A stretch of DNA of 24,000 nt from Candidatus Caccopulliclostridium gallistercoris (lineage in GTDB: Bacteria > Bacillota > Clostridia > Christensenellales > UBA1242), in assembly GCA_018713725.1 (NCBI GenBank), contig DVOJ01000014.1, positions 39,839-63,838 on the forward strand. Direction: 5' to 3'. A program made the position numbers and the translations under genes. Each line of letters opens with the position of its first letter. The first letter of the stretch is position 1. Below, one piece after another: positions 1 to 7,260 of the stretch. Below the pieces are notes generated by a model. That model was not told the DNA's origin and did no database searches. It saw only the letters and a list, made by a program, of their open reading frames with translations.

Positions 1-201
1 CGTAGCCCTTTCCATATCTAGCTCGTCTAAGCCCTGCATATAGTCTAGATACTGCTCCGTAATGTCAGCAAGCTTAACGTCCGCTATGTCCATTTTAGCT
101 TCTTTGATTAAATGCAATAATAAATCTAATGGACCTTCAAAGTTGTCCAATTTAAATTTATATTTGTCATCAAACAAGTTTTCCTGAATTATTTCTTCCA
201 T
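1..201 (-). CDS. scpA: Segregation and condensation protein A (ScpA), N-terminal part; the gene runs off the window start
   Basis: Not in the ORF track because there is no stop in the window. The minus-strand ATG at 201..199 translates to MEEIIQENLFDDKYKFKLDNFEGPLDLLLHLIKEAKMDIADVKLADITEQYLDYMQGLDELDMERAT. The FEGPLDLLLHLI and ITEQYL stretches are the ScpA N-terminal signature. The start overlaps the stop of the upstream M50 gene (TAATG). Confidence 0.85.
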   Translation of the reverse strand, partial: MEEIIQENLFDDKYKFKLDNFEGPLDLLLHLIKEAKMDIADVKLADITEQYLDYMQGLDELDMERAT

Positions 202-866
202 TATATGAACAGCCCCCAAAAGCCAAAAAATAAATTTTCAATTCCTGTTACAACATAGGAATAGAATAGGTCAAATATAGGTGTTATAATTATAATCAAA
301 AGTATAATAGACCCATATTTTTCCATAAAGGTCACAAATTTGTTATCGTATTTGCAAAAGCTTTTAATAAAGTTAAAACCATCTAGCGGATAGATTGGTA
401 GCAAGTTGAATATGGCAAGTGATATATTTACTACAAAGCTAAATAAAAGGAAATATTGTAAAAAGAAGAAAAATAGATTGTTAGGGTTCAATAGTAAACT
501 AAAATAAAATAGACCGCTAAATATAAACGCAAGTATGATATTAGTTAAAATTCCAGAAATTGAAACCCAAGCCATACCCGCTCTAAACTTCTTAAAACGT
601 AGTGGATTCACTTCCACAGGTTTTGCCCAGCCAAAGCCTACTAAAAGAAAGCATAACATACCAAGCCCGCTAATGTGAGCAAACGGATTTAAAGTTAACC
701 TACCCGTTAGCCTTGGAGTATCGTCCCCCATTTTTGTAGCAACAAAGGCATGAGAAAACTCGTGTGCAGTCATACCGATACACACAGACAAGAAATATGC
801 TACTATAAAAGCTAATATTGCCCAAACACTAAGCTCTCTGCTTAAAGACAAGAGAAAGTAAATCAT
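201..866 (-). CDS. M50 family (site-2 protease-like) integral-membrane zinc metalloprotease
   Basis: 221-aa multi-TM ORF. It has HEFSH (HExxH) in a hydrophobic segment and a second motif NLLPIYPLDG (NxxPxxxLDG), both typical of peptidase M50. It lies directly upstream of scpA. Confidence 0.8.
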   Translation of the reverse strand: MIYFLLSLSRELSVWAILAFIVAYFLSVCIGMTAHEFSHAFVATKMGDDTPRLTGRLTLNPFAHISGLGMLCFLLVGFGWAKPVEVNPLRFKKFRAGMAWVSISGILTNIILAFIFSGLFYFSLLLNPNNLFFFFLQYFLLFSFVVNISLAIFNLLPIYPLDGFNFIKSFCKYDNKFVTFMEKYGSIILLIIIITPIFDLFYSYVVTGIENLFFGFWGLFI

Positions 867-874
867 ACCTATTT

Positions 875-903
875 ATTATATATTAATAATAAATATAAAT
901 CAA
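875..903 (-). promoter_or_regulatory. Sigma-A-type promoter for the M50 protease gene; predicts a leaderless or near-leaderless mRNA
   Basis: On the minus strand: TTGATT (903..898), 17 nt, TATAAT (880..875), then only 8 nt (aaataggt) before ATG at 866. There is no properly spaced Shine-Dalgarno. Confidence 0.55.
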
Positions 904-917
904 GGATTTTGATTTGT

Positions 918-946
918 TTGACGAAGAAAACTTTTTGTAGTAAAAT
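918..946 (+). promoter_or_regulatory. Sigma-A-type promoter for the SDR gene; predicts a leaderless mRNA
   Basis: TTGACG (918..923), 17 nt, TAAAAT (941..946), then 7 nt (aaatttt) before ATG at 954. No Shine-Dalgarno. Confidence 0.55.
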
Positions 947-953
947 AAATTTT

Positions 954-1688
954 ATGAAAGAAAAAACTGTTTTAATAACTGGTGCATCCAGAGGAATTGG
1001 CGCAGAATGTGCTAGGCTTTTTGCTAAAAACGGATATAACGTTGCTTTTTGTTATAATAAATCTATTAAACTTGCCGAAGAGCTTTATAACGAACTTTTA
1101 ACTTATAGCGTAAAAGTCTACTACGAAAGAGCTGACGTAAGCAAAGCGCACGAATTAAAAAACTTTATAGAAAACTCTATTAAAACGTTTAAACAAATAG
1201 ACGTTTTAATAAACAATGCCGGCATAGACCTTCAAAAACTTTTTATAGACTGCAACGAAGAAGACTACAACTATATTTTTGACACCAATTTTAAAAGTAT
1301 GGTAGTAGCAAGCAAACTAGTTTTAAAAAATATGCTAGATTTTAAAGCTGGCAAAATTATAAATATATCTTCAATTTGGGGATTAACTGGCGGAGCTTGT
1401 GAAGCTTTATATTCTGCTTCAAAGGCAGCAGTTATTGGGCTTACAAAAGCTCTTAGCAAAGAATACGGCAGAATGAATATAACGGTAAACGCAATTGCTC
1501 CCGGATATATTCAAACGGATATGAATAAAAATGTAAGCAAAAACGACGCAGAAGCTTTTAAAGAAAGTACAAGCCTAAATAAGCTTGGAACGCCGCAAGA
1601 CGTGGCCGAACTTGCCCTATTTTTAGCTAGCGAAAAGGCCAGCTATATAACTGGCCAAATAATAAATGTTGACGGCGGATTAATCTAG
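954..1688 (+). CDS. Short-chain dehydrogenase/reductase, FabG-like (3-oxoacyl-ACP reductase family)
   Basis: Has TGASRGIG (TGxxxGxG cofactor motif), NNAG, and the catalytic YSASK (YxxxK) preceded by Ser (ISSIWG). I moved the start from the TTG at 909 to the ATG at 954, giving MKEKTVLITGAS. That is the normal distance to the Rossmann motif and fits the promoter. Confidence 0.8.
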   Translation: MKEKTVLITGASRGIGAECARLFAKNGYNVAFCYNKSIKLAEELYNELLTYSVKVYYERADVSKAHELKNFIENSIKTFKQIDVLINNAGIDLQKLFIDCNEEDYNYIFDTNFKSMVVASKLVLKNMLDFKAGKIINISSIWGLTGGACEALYSASKAAVIGLTKALSKEYGRMNITVNAIAPGYIQTDMNKNVSKNDAEAFKESTSLNKLGTPQDVAELALFLASEKASYITGQIINVDGGLI

Positions 1689-2339
1689 TTTAATATTTTT
1701 TAAAATCTCTTCTACAACCTCGTTTATAGTAAGATTTGTAGTGTCTATTTTGATAGAATCCTTAGTGCAAACAAGCGGCGCAACTTTTCTAGTTGTGTCG
1801 TTTTTATCACGTTCTATGATATCGTCGTAAATCTCTTTATATTCTACCTTTTCGCCGCGGTCTATTCTTTCCTTATAGCGTCTTTTTGCTCTTTCTTCAG
1901 GGCTTGCGTCTAAGAAAAATTTGTTTTTACTATCCTTTAAAACATTGCTTGTGATATCTCTTCCCTCTACCACAAGATTTTCCTTTCTAGCTAGTTCTCG
2001 TTGTAAATCTATTATACTTTCTCTAACTTCACGATAAGCAGACGTAACAGAAGATAGCATGTCCATTTCTTCCGTTCTTAAATATGGCGAAACATCTTCT
2101 CCGTTTAAATAAGTGTGTTGAACGCCGTCTAAAAACTTTACGTCTATTTTAATTTTACTAAGTAAGTTTTTTACTTGCTCAATATCCTTTATATCTATTT
2201 TAGCCCTAGAGCAAGCCACTGCTATTGCCCTATAAAGCGCGCCCGTATCTAAACAATGCCACCCTAAGCTTTTTGCCACAAGCTTAGAAACCGTACTTTT
2301 CCCTACACCAGCAGGGCCGTCTATTGCAACACTTAACAT
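1680..2339 (-). CDS. cmk: Cytidylate kinase
   Basis: 219 aa. The N-terminal P-loop IAIDGPAGVGKST-like (VAIDGPAGVGKST) is followed by LDTGALYRA, the classic Cmk signature. Confidence 0.9.
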   Translation of the reverse strand: MLSVAIDGPAGVGKSTVSKLVAKSLGWHCLDTGALYRAIAVACSRAKIDIKDIEQVKNLLSKIKIDVKFLDGVQHTYLNGEDVSPYLRTEEMDMLSSVTSAYREVRESIIDLQRELARKENLVVEGRDITSNVLKDSKNKFFLDASPEERAKRRYKERIDRGEKVEYKEIYDDIIERDKNDTTRKVAPLVCTKDSIKIDTTNLTINEVVEEILKNIKLD

Positions 2340-2347
2340 AATTTCTC

Positions 2348-3289
2348 CTATAAATTGTTTTTTACATTTTTTATAAAATCTAGCGTGTCAAAAAGGCTAA
2401 ACTGCAAACGCTCATCTTTAAACATAGGTTTAGTTTTGTCTAAAATTGAAACAAAATCTTGCCACCTTGCATTATTTAAAAAGTTTATAGACCTTATAAA
2501 AACTTCGTAAATATCATCACTTTCAAAAATGTTGTCTGGTAAGTTGTAAATTAAACTTTCTACAAAAGGTTGATAAAGCGCTTTGTTATATAAGTTAAAG
2601 TAAAGCATGTTATAAATTTTAATTAAATTTAAAACTTTATCTTCCTTTCCACTTGCCATCTCTTTTAAATTTTCAAAACGCTCGGTAAAATTATACTCAA
2701 AGAATTTGTTTAAAATTTTATTATAAACGGAATAAGTGTTTTCTTTCTTTATTGCAGGATAAACGTTCACAGGAAAGCTAAAATCGTCACCCGTAATGCT
2801 TACAACTGCATTTGTAGAACTTACAATTGAAAGCGGAGTTATATAGTTAGAAATAGTGTTAACTAAATCTAAACAAAGGTCGTTTATATCGTACTTTCCT
2901 TTTAACTGAGCGTTAAGCGTGGTTTGCTCAGTAATGTTTTTATTGCGTCTTTTTCTTTTCTTTTTTATTCTAGATTTCTTCCACGCAAACTTTAAACGCT
3001 CCCAAAAGGATTTAAATTTATTTTTAACAACTTTAACTGTATTTAATTCAATTTGTGGACTTTTTATAACTAAAAAAACGTCTAGGCTAGAAATAGGAGT
3101 TATTGCGCCAGTTGCGAACTCATTTATTGGAACAACTTGTATGCCCTTACTAATTATGGCATTTTTTTTGCTTAGGTCTGTTATAGAAGACGTCAAAATC
3201 TGAACTAATCTAGAACAATTTTCATCTATTAAATCTTGACTTACGTTTTCTGTAAAGCCTAAAATCGTTCCCTTATCAAAAACTCCCAT
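2348..3289 (-). CDS. Hypothetical protein with a degenerate minimal-nucleotidyltransferase (Pol-beta/SMODS-like) motif and a poly-basic insert
   Basis: 313-aa ORF packed between serS (9-nt gap) and cmk (8-nt gap). Residues 57-75, EFATGAITPISSLDVFLVI, resemble G-S-x(n)-GT-x4-SD[IV]D[LIV]. Residues 171-179, SFPVNVYPA, resemble the third-carboxylate strand (vDvvPa). Key Gly-Ser and two of three acidic positions are substituted. Residues 103-117 are WKKSRIKKKRKRRNK. Confidence 0.6.
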   Translation of the reverse strand: MGVFDKGTILGFTENVSQDLIDENCSRLVQILTSSITDLSKKNAIISKGIQVVPINEFATGAITPISSLDVFLVIKSPQIELNTVKVVKNKFKSFWERLKFAWKKSRIKKKRKRRNKNITEQTTLNAQLKGKYDINDLCLDLVNTISNYITPLSIVSSTNAVVSITGDDFSFPVNVYPAIKKENTYSVYNKILNKFFEYNFTERFENLKEMASGKEDKVLNLIKIYNMLYFNLYNKALYQPFVESLIYNLPDNIFESDDIYEVFIRSINFLNNARWQDFVSILDKTKPMFKDERLQFSLFDTLDFIKNVKNNL

Positions 3290-3298
3290 ATTTCTCCT

Positions 3299-4573
3299 TT
3301 AAGGTTTTATAACTTTAATTCCACCCATAAATGGCACTAAAACTTCTGGCACTGTGACGCTGCCGTCCTCATTTTGATACTGCTCTATTATTGCTGGGAA
3401 TAATCTAGACGTAGCTAGTCCTGAAGCGTTTAAAGTGTGGCAATATTTTGTTTTATGCGTTTCTTTATCACGGTACCTTATAGCGCCGCGTCTTGCTTGA
3501 TAATCGTTAGCATTACTTACAGAAGAAACTTCCTTGTAGATGTTCATGCTTGGAATCCAAACTTCAATATCGTACGTTCTAGCCATAGAATGAGAGCAAT
3601 CCCCTGCTGCAAGCTTAGAAATTTGGAAATGTAAACCCAATTTTTCTACTAAGCTACTAGCCTTATTTACAAGCTCTTCAAAGCTTTGTTTAGAGTTTTT
3701 TTCCGTGGCATAGTGAACCATTTCAACTTTATTGAACTGGTATCCTCTAACCATGCCCCTTTCTTCCGTTCTATAACTACCAGCTTCGCATCTATAACAA
3801 GGAGTGTATGCAAAATATTTTTTAGGAAGCTCGTCTTCTTCTAATATTTCATTTCTGTGTAAGTTTACAAGGGCTGTTTCTGCCGTAGGCAAAATAAACT
3901 TTCTAGGCTCTTGATTTTCAAGCCAGAAAACGTCTTCTTTAAATTTTGGGAACTGTCCTGCTACAAATCCAGATTCATAATTCAAAAGATGTGGTGGCAA
4001 AATAAATTCGTAACCATCTTTTAAATGTTCTGAAATAAAGTAGTTTATAAGAGCCCATTCAAGCCTTGCCCCTAACCCTTTATATATCCAAGTTCCGCGG
4101 CCACTTATTTTTGCAGCTCTTGCATAGTCTATTATGCCAAGTTTTTCGCAAAGTTCTACATGGTCTTTTGGCTTAAAACTAAACTCAGGTTTCTTACCAA
4201 CCGTTTTTATAACCTTATTGTTTTCCTTTTCGCCAGGAAGAAGGTCGTCGTCTGGCATATTTGGAAGCGGACTTACAAAGTCGTCTATTTCTTTTTCACA
4301 AGCCTTTAATTCTTCGTCTAAACCTTCTATTTCAGCATTAAGCTCTTTTACCTTTGCAAAAATAGCGTTAATATCTCCACCTTGTTTTTTAACAACAGGC
4401 ACAGAAGCGGATAGTTTATTCTTTTCATTCTTTAAAGCGTCAGCTTTTACAATTAGCTCTTTTCTTTTGTCTATTAAGCTAATTAAATTTGTAAAGTCTA
4501 CGTCCCACCCTTTTTTCTTTAATGCATTCTTAACATACTCTGGGTTTTCTCTAATTAAATTTAAATCTAACAT
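3299..4573 (-). CDS. serS: Seryl-tRNA synthetase
   Basis: The N-terminal coiled-coil arm begins MLDLNLIRENPEYV, and class-II motifs are present (TAETALV, FRCEAGS-like YRCEAGS, TLNASGLATSR). I chose the start at ATG 4573, which is preceded by AAAAGGAGAAAAC, rather than the upstream start at 4633. Confidence 0.95.
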   Translation of the reverse strand: MLDLNLIRENPEYVKNALKKKGWDVDFTNLISLIDKRKELIVKADALKNEKNKLSASVPVVKKQGGDINAIFAKVKELNAEIEGLDEELKACEKEIDDFVSPLPNMPDDDLLPGEKENNKVIKTVGKKPEFSFKPKDHVELCEKLGIIDYARAAKISGRGTWIYKGLGARLEWALINYFISEHLKDGYEFILPPHLLNYESGFVAGQFPKFKEDVFWLENQEPRKFILPTAETALVNLHRNEILEEDELPKKYFAYTPCYRCEAGSYRTEERGMVRGYQFNKVEMVHYATEKNSKQSFEELVNKASSLVEKLGLHFQISKLAAGDCSHSMARTYDIEVWIPSMNIYKEVSSVSNANDYQARRGAIRYRDKETHKTKYCHTLNASGLATSRLFPAIIEQYQNEDGSVTVPEVLVPFMGGIKVIKP

Positions 4574-4604
4574 GTTTTCTCCTTTTAAACTTTTATTAAA
4601 AATA

Positions 4605-4633
4605 AATATATCACAACAAAAATCTTTTGACAA
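4605..4633 (-). promoter_or_regulatory. Sigma-A-type promoter for serS (extended -10)
   Basis: On the minus strand: TTGTCA (4633..4628), 17 nt, TGaTATATT (-10 at 4610..4605). This gives a leader of about 25 nt carrying the AGGAG Shine-Dalgarno. Confidence 0.55.
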
Positions 4634-4655
4634 CTTTTTTAAAAGAGTTTAAAAT
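4627..4655 (+). promoter_or_regulatory. Sigma-A-type promoter for the tyrosine recombinase gene; predicts a leaderless mRNA
   Basis: TTGACA (4627..4632), 17 nt, TAAAAT (4650..4655), then 6 nt (atattt) before ATG at 4662. No Shine-Dalgarno. Confidence 0.6.
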
Positions 4656-4661
4656 ATATTT

Positions 4662-5693
4662 ATGAGTTCAAATTACTTTTTAGATAGAGACAAGAATAAC
4701 ATCGAAAAGCTTTCTAGATATTTAGAGAGCTTACCTAAGTTCTGTTATAATTATTTCTTAGATTTAGAGCCTTATACGTCCACACTTTCAAGGCTTAACT
4801 ATGCCATGGATTTAAGAGTGTTTTTTGACTTTTTGGCAAAGTATAAATTTATGTGCAAACCTACCGATATAACGGAAGAACATTTAAATAAAGTTACTTC
4901 GCAGGATATAACGTCCTATTTAAGTTACCTTTCCTACTACACTTTTAATGGAAAAAATTGTAAAAATGGAGAAAAAGGCAAAGCTAGAAAACTTTCTAGC
5001 ATTAGAAGCCTTTTTAAATATCTCTTTAATAAAGAAAAAATTTCTTCTAATGTAGCTAGTAAAGTAGCTACGCCTAAAATTCACTCTAAAGACATTTTAA
5101 GGCTTGAAGTAGACGAGGTTGGCAGACTAATAAATCAAGTAGAAAACCCAAGCCTTCTCACAAAACAGCAACAAGGTTTTAACAAGCACACGCAAGAGCG
5201 TGACGTAGCTATGCTTACCCTATTTTTAGGCACAGGTATTCGTGTTAGCGAATGTGTTGGCTTAAATGTTGAAGATATAGATTTTGACAACAACGCCTTT
5301 AAAATTACGCGCAAAGGCGGAAATCAAGTTATTTTATATTTTGGTGAGGAAGTAAAAGAAGCACTTTTAAAGTGGCTAGAAGTAAGAAATCAGAAAAAAC
5401 TTCCGGAAAGCGAAAAAGCGCTATTTATATCTTTACAAAATAGGCGCATAACAGTTCGAGCAGTTGAAAACCTGGTAAAAAAATATTCTCGAGCTGTTAC
5501 CCCATTAAAAAAAATTTCTCCGCACAAACTAAGAAGCACATACGGCACCAACCTTTATAGAGAAACTGGCGATATTTACATAGTAGCCGACGTTCTTGGC
5601 CATAAGGACGTTAACACAACTAGAAAGCACTACGCAGCAATCAGCGAAGACAAACGCCGCTCTGTTGCAGACATTGTAAAATTAAGAAATTAA
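4662..5693 (+). CDS. Tyrosine recombinase, XerC/XerD family
   Basis: 343 aa with an N-terminal SAM-like core-binding domain (LNYAMDLRVFFDFL). The catalytic set is intact: Arg in GTGIRVSE, HKLRST (HxxR), LGHKDVNTT (His), RKHY (Tyr nucleophile). Confidence 0.85.
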   Translation: MSSNYFLDRDKNNIEKLSRYLESLPKFCYNYFLDLEPYTSTLSRLNYAMDLRVFFDFLAKYKFMCKPTDITEEHLNKVTSQDITSYLSYLSYYTFNGKNCKNGEKGKARKLSSIRSLFKYLFNKEKISSNVASKVATPKIHSKDILRLEVDEVGRLINQVENPSLLTKQQQGFNKHTQERDVAMLTLFLGTGIRVSECVGLNVEDIDFDNNAFKITRKGGNQVILYFGEEVKEALLKWLEVRNQKKLPESEKALFISLQNRRITVRAVENLVKKYSRAVTPLKKISPHKLRSTYGTNLYRETGDIYIVADVLGHKDVNTTRKHYAAISEDKRRSVADIVKLRN

Positions 5694-5731
5694 AACAAAT
5701 GTTTGACAAATTTTTAAATTTATGCTAATTT
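5693..5731 (+). promoter_or_regulatory. lexA promoter with an overlapping SOS-box-like palindrome
   Basis: AAACAAATGTTT (5693..5704) has the form AAC-N4-GTT and resembles the Firmicute LexA operator GAAC-N4-GTTC. It overlaps the -35 TTGACA (5703..5708). Then 17 nt and TGcTAATTT (-10 at 5726..5731). The Shine-Dalgarno GAAGGAG lies 5 nt before ATG 5752. Confidence 0.45.
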
Positions 5732-5751
5732 AATAGCAAGAAGGAGTACCC

Positions 5752-6366
5752 ATGAAAAAAAGCGAAGTTAATCTTGCTAAACTTTTAACATACTTAAAAA
5801 ACTACCAGTGTCAACATGGATACACGCCTAGTTATAGAGAAATGCAAAGCTATTTAGGGCTAAAATCTGTAAACACTGTAGATTATTACATAAATAAATT
5901 AGTTGAAAGAGATTTAATAAGAAAAAACCCATTAAGAAAAAGGGCCATTGAAATTGTAGACGACACAAAAATGCTAAAAAATAGCATGGAAATGACAAGG
6001 CTGCCACTTTTAGGAAAAATTGCTGGTGGGCAACCAATATTAGCTGAAGAAAATTTAATTGAAACCTATGCAATTTCAAAAAACTTTTTTGGAACTGAAC
6101 AAGATTTATTTCTTTTAAAAGTTGTTGGCGATAGCATGAAAGAAGGCGGCATAGCAAATGGCGATACTATTATAGTAAAGGTTCAAAACACAGCTGAAGA
6201 TGGAGATATAGTAGTTGCAAGAGTAGACTCTGGTACAACAGTTAAAAAATTTTATAGAGAAAAAAATGGCTACAGATTGCAGCCGCAAAATCAGTTATAC
6301 TTCCCTATTTATACTCACAAAGTTGAAATACTAGGTAAAGTTATAGGCGTAATAAAAAGGTTTTAA
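5752..6366 (+). CDS. lexA: LexA repressor (SOS regulator, S24 self-cleaving peptidase)
   Basis: 204 aa with an N-terminal winged-helix domain. It has an Ala-Gly cleavage site (KIAGGQP), the Ser nucleophile in VVGDSM, and Lys in TVKKF. Confidence 0.9.
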   Translation: MKKSEVNLAKLLTYLKNYQCQHGYTPSYREMQSYLGLKSVNTVDYYINKLVERDLIRKNPLRKRAIEIVDDTKMLKNSMEMTRLPLLGKIAGGQPILAEENLIETYAISKNFFGTEQDLFLLKVVGDSMKEGGIANGDTIIVKVQNTAEDGDIVVARVDSGTTVKKFYREKNGYRLQPQNQLYFPIYTHKVEILGKVIGVIKRF

Positions 6367-6370
6367 CAAT

Positions 6371-6401
6371 AAAAATTCACCAGCTTAGCTGATGAATTTT
6401 T
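6371..6401. terminator. Bidirectional intrinsic terminator between convergent lexA and the MBL gene
   Basis: AAAAATTCACCAGC-tta-GCTGATGAATTTTT is a 14-nt inverted repeat with one mismatch. It is flanked by an A-run and a T-run, so it reads as hairpin plus U-tract on both strands. Confidence 0.75.
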
Positions 6402-6402
6402 A

Positions 6403-7164
6403 TTATTTTGACTGTTCGCCTTCTTTAACTTTTTTAGCTTCTTTAGGAAGCTCTTTTTTAATGTTAGAAATTTTAGTTTTTTCAGGAGCTACTACAGTTT
6501 CAACAACCTTCAAACCTTCTTCCCTAGCAATTTCTAGCATTCTTTGGCTTTCCATATGCATTAAGAAAACTTGTTGTTTCTTAATTTTATTCTTCTTTAT
6601 AATCTCTTTAACCTTCTTGATATCCATGTGAAGCTTGTTGCCAGACTCTGAGCAATCTAAATAATATTCGTCGTAGTTTGGAATATCAAAAGGAATATTA
6701 GAGCAATCTCCACTATAAAATATTTTCTTATTATTAAAGTTAATTTCAAGAGCGCAAGAATCCATATCCTTTGCGTGCGGAACTAAAAGCACGTTAACCC
6801 ATTTAAAGTTTTTGGATAGCGGTTCAACAAAGTTAAAATCTCTACCTTCCTTTAACCCTAATTTTTCTACCTTTCCACCTTGTAAGCTTATGGTATTTAA
6901 AAGATAAGGTTTAATTTTTAATTCATCGTTACAATAATCAAAGAAAGCTGGAAGGTCTGCAACGTGGTCGTTATGACAGTGTGTTACAATTTGATAAACC
7001 TTTTTAACGCCTTTCATAATGCCAGACCTTTTAATTGCATCTAAAACGCCGTTTCCGCAATCTATTAAAACAAGTACGCTGCCCTTTTTAAAATACGCAC
7101 TATTGTTTACTTCCGTTTTATTGAAAGCAGAGCCCCTGCCTAAAAATTTTAATGTTTGACTCAT
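6403..7164 (-). CDS. Metallo-beta-lactamase-fold hydrolase
   Basis: Has the HCHNDH (HxHxDH) metal motif, an N-terminal LKFLGRGSAF...LIDCG beta-lactamase-fold start, and a Lys/Glu-rich C-terminal tail. I chose the start at ATG 7164, preceded by GGAGAAAATT. Confidence 0.8.
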   Translation of the reverse strand: MSQTLKFLGRGSAFNKTEVNNSAYFKKGSVLVLIDCGNGVLDAIKRSGIMKGVKKVYQIVTHCHNDHVADLPAFFDYCNDELKIKPYLLNTISLQGGKVEKLGLKEGRDFNFVEPLSKNFKWVNVLLVPHAKDMDSCALEINFNNKKIFYSGDCSNIPFDIPNYDEYYLDCSESGNKLHMDIKKVKEIIKKNKIKKQQVFLMHMESQRMLEIAREEGLKVVETVVAPEKTKISNIKKELPKEAKKVKEGEQSK

Positions 7165-7182
7165 AATTTTCTCCTTGGAATA

Positions 7183-7212
7183 ATTATAAACCATTCAAAT
7201 TTGATTTGTCAA
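7183..7212 (-). promoter_or_regulatory. Sigma-A-type promoter for the MBL hydrolase gene
   Basis: On the minus strand: TTGACA (7212..7207), 18 nt, TATAAT (7188..7183), then a leader with an AAGGAG Shine-Dalgarno. Confidence 0.6.
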
Positions 7213-7231
7213 TCAATAATAGAATTTATTT

Positions 7232-7258
7232 AAAGAAAAAGAGTGTAAACTTACACCC
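7232..7258 (-). terminator. Intrinsic terminator after the carboxypeptidase gene
   Basis: The minus-strand hairpin GGGTGTA-aguu-TACACTC contains one G-U pair that pairs only in minus-strand RNA. It is followed by TTTTTCTTT and starts 2 nt after the stop codon. Confidence 0.7.
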
Positions 7259-7260
7259 TT

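Noticed and set aside
4134-4652. 172-aa plus-strand ORF inside serS, and similar antisense ORFs at 1271..1459, 2919..3203, 3437..3634, 5828..6157, 6392..6631, 7627..8284, 8366..8638, 11080..11749, 12351..12593, 15499..15813, 16364..16549, 16819..17007, 17489..17680, 18471..18986, 19434..19616, 20263..20448, 21370..21609 and 22089..22343
   Set aside because: All lie antisense to ORFs with clear family signatures. They are Ser/Phe/Leu/Ile-rich low-complexity translations, as expected from the reverse strand of AT-rich genes. None has a ribosome-binding site.
4574-4661. T-box leader upstream of serS, which is common in Firmicutes
   Set aside because: Only 88 nt separate serS from the divergent recombinase gene, and the predicted leader is about 25 nt. 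That leaves no room for a T-box of 200 nt or more, and I saw no T-box 14-mer or terminator/antiterminator pair.
4662-5693. Tyrosine recombinase as a marker of an integrated mobile element or genomic island
   Set aside because: I saw no flanking direct or inverted repeats and no tRNA target. There is no phage, plasmid or transposon cargo. Neighbours on both sides are housekeeping genes, and composition is uniform. It looks like a chromosomal Xer-family paralogue.
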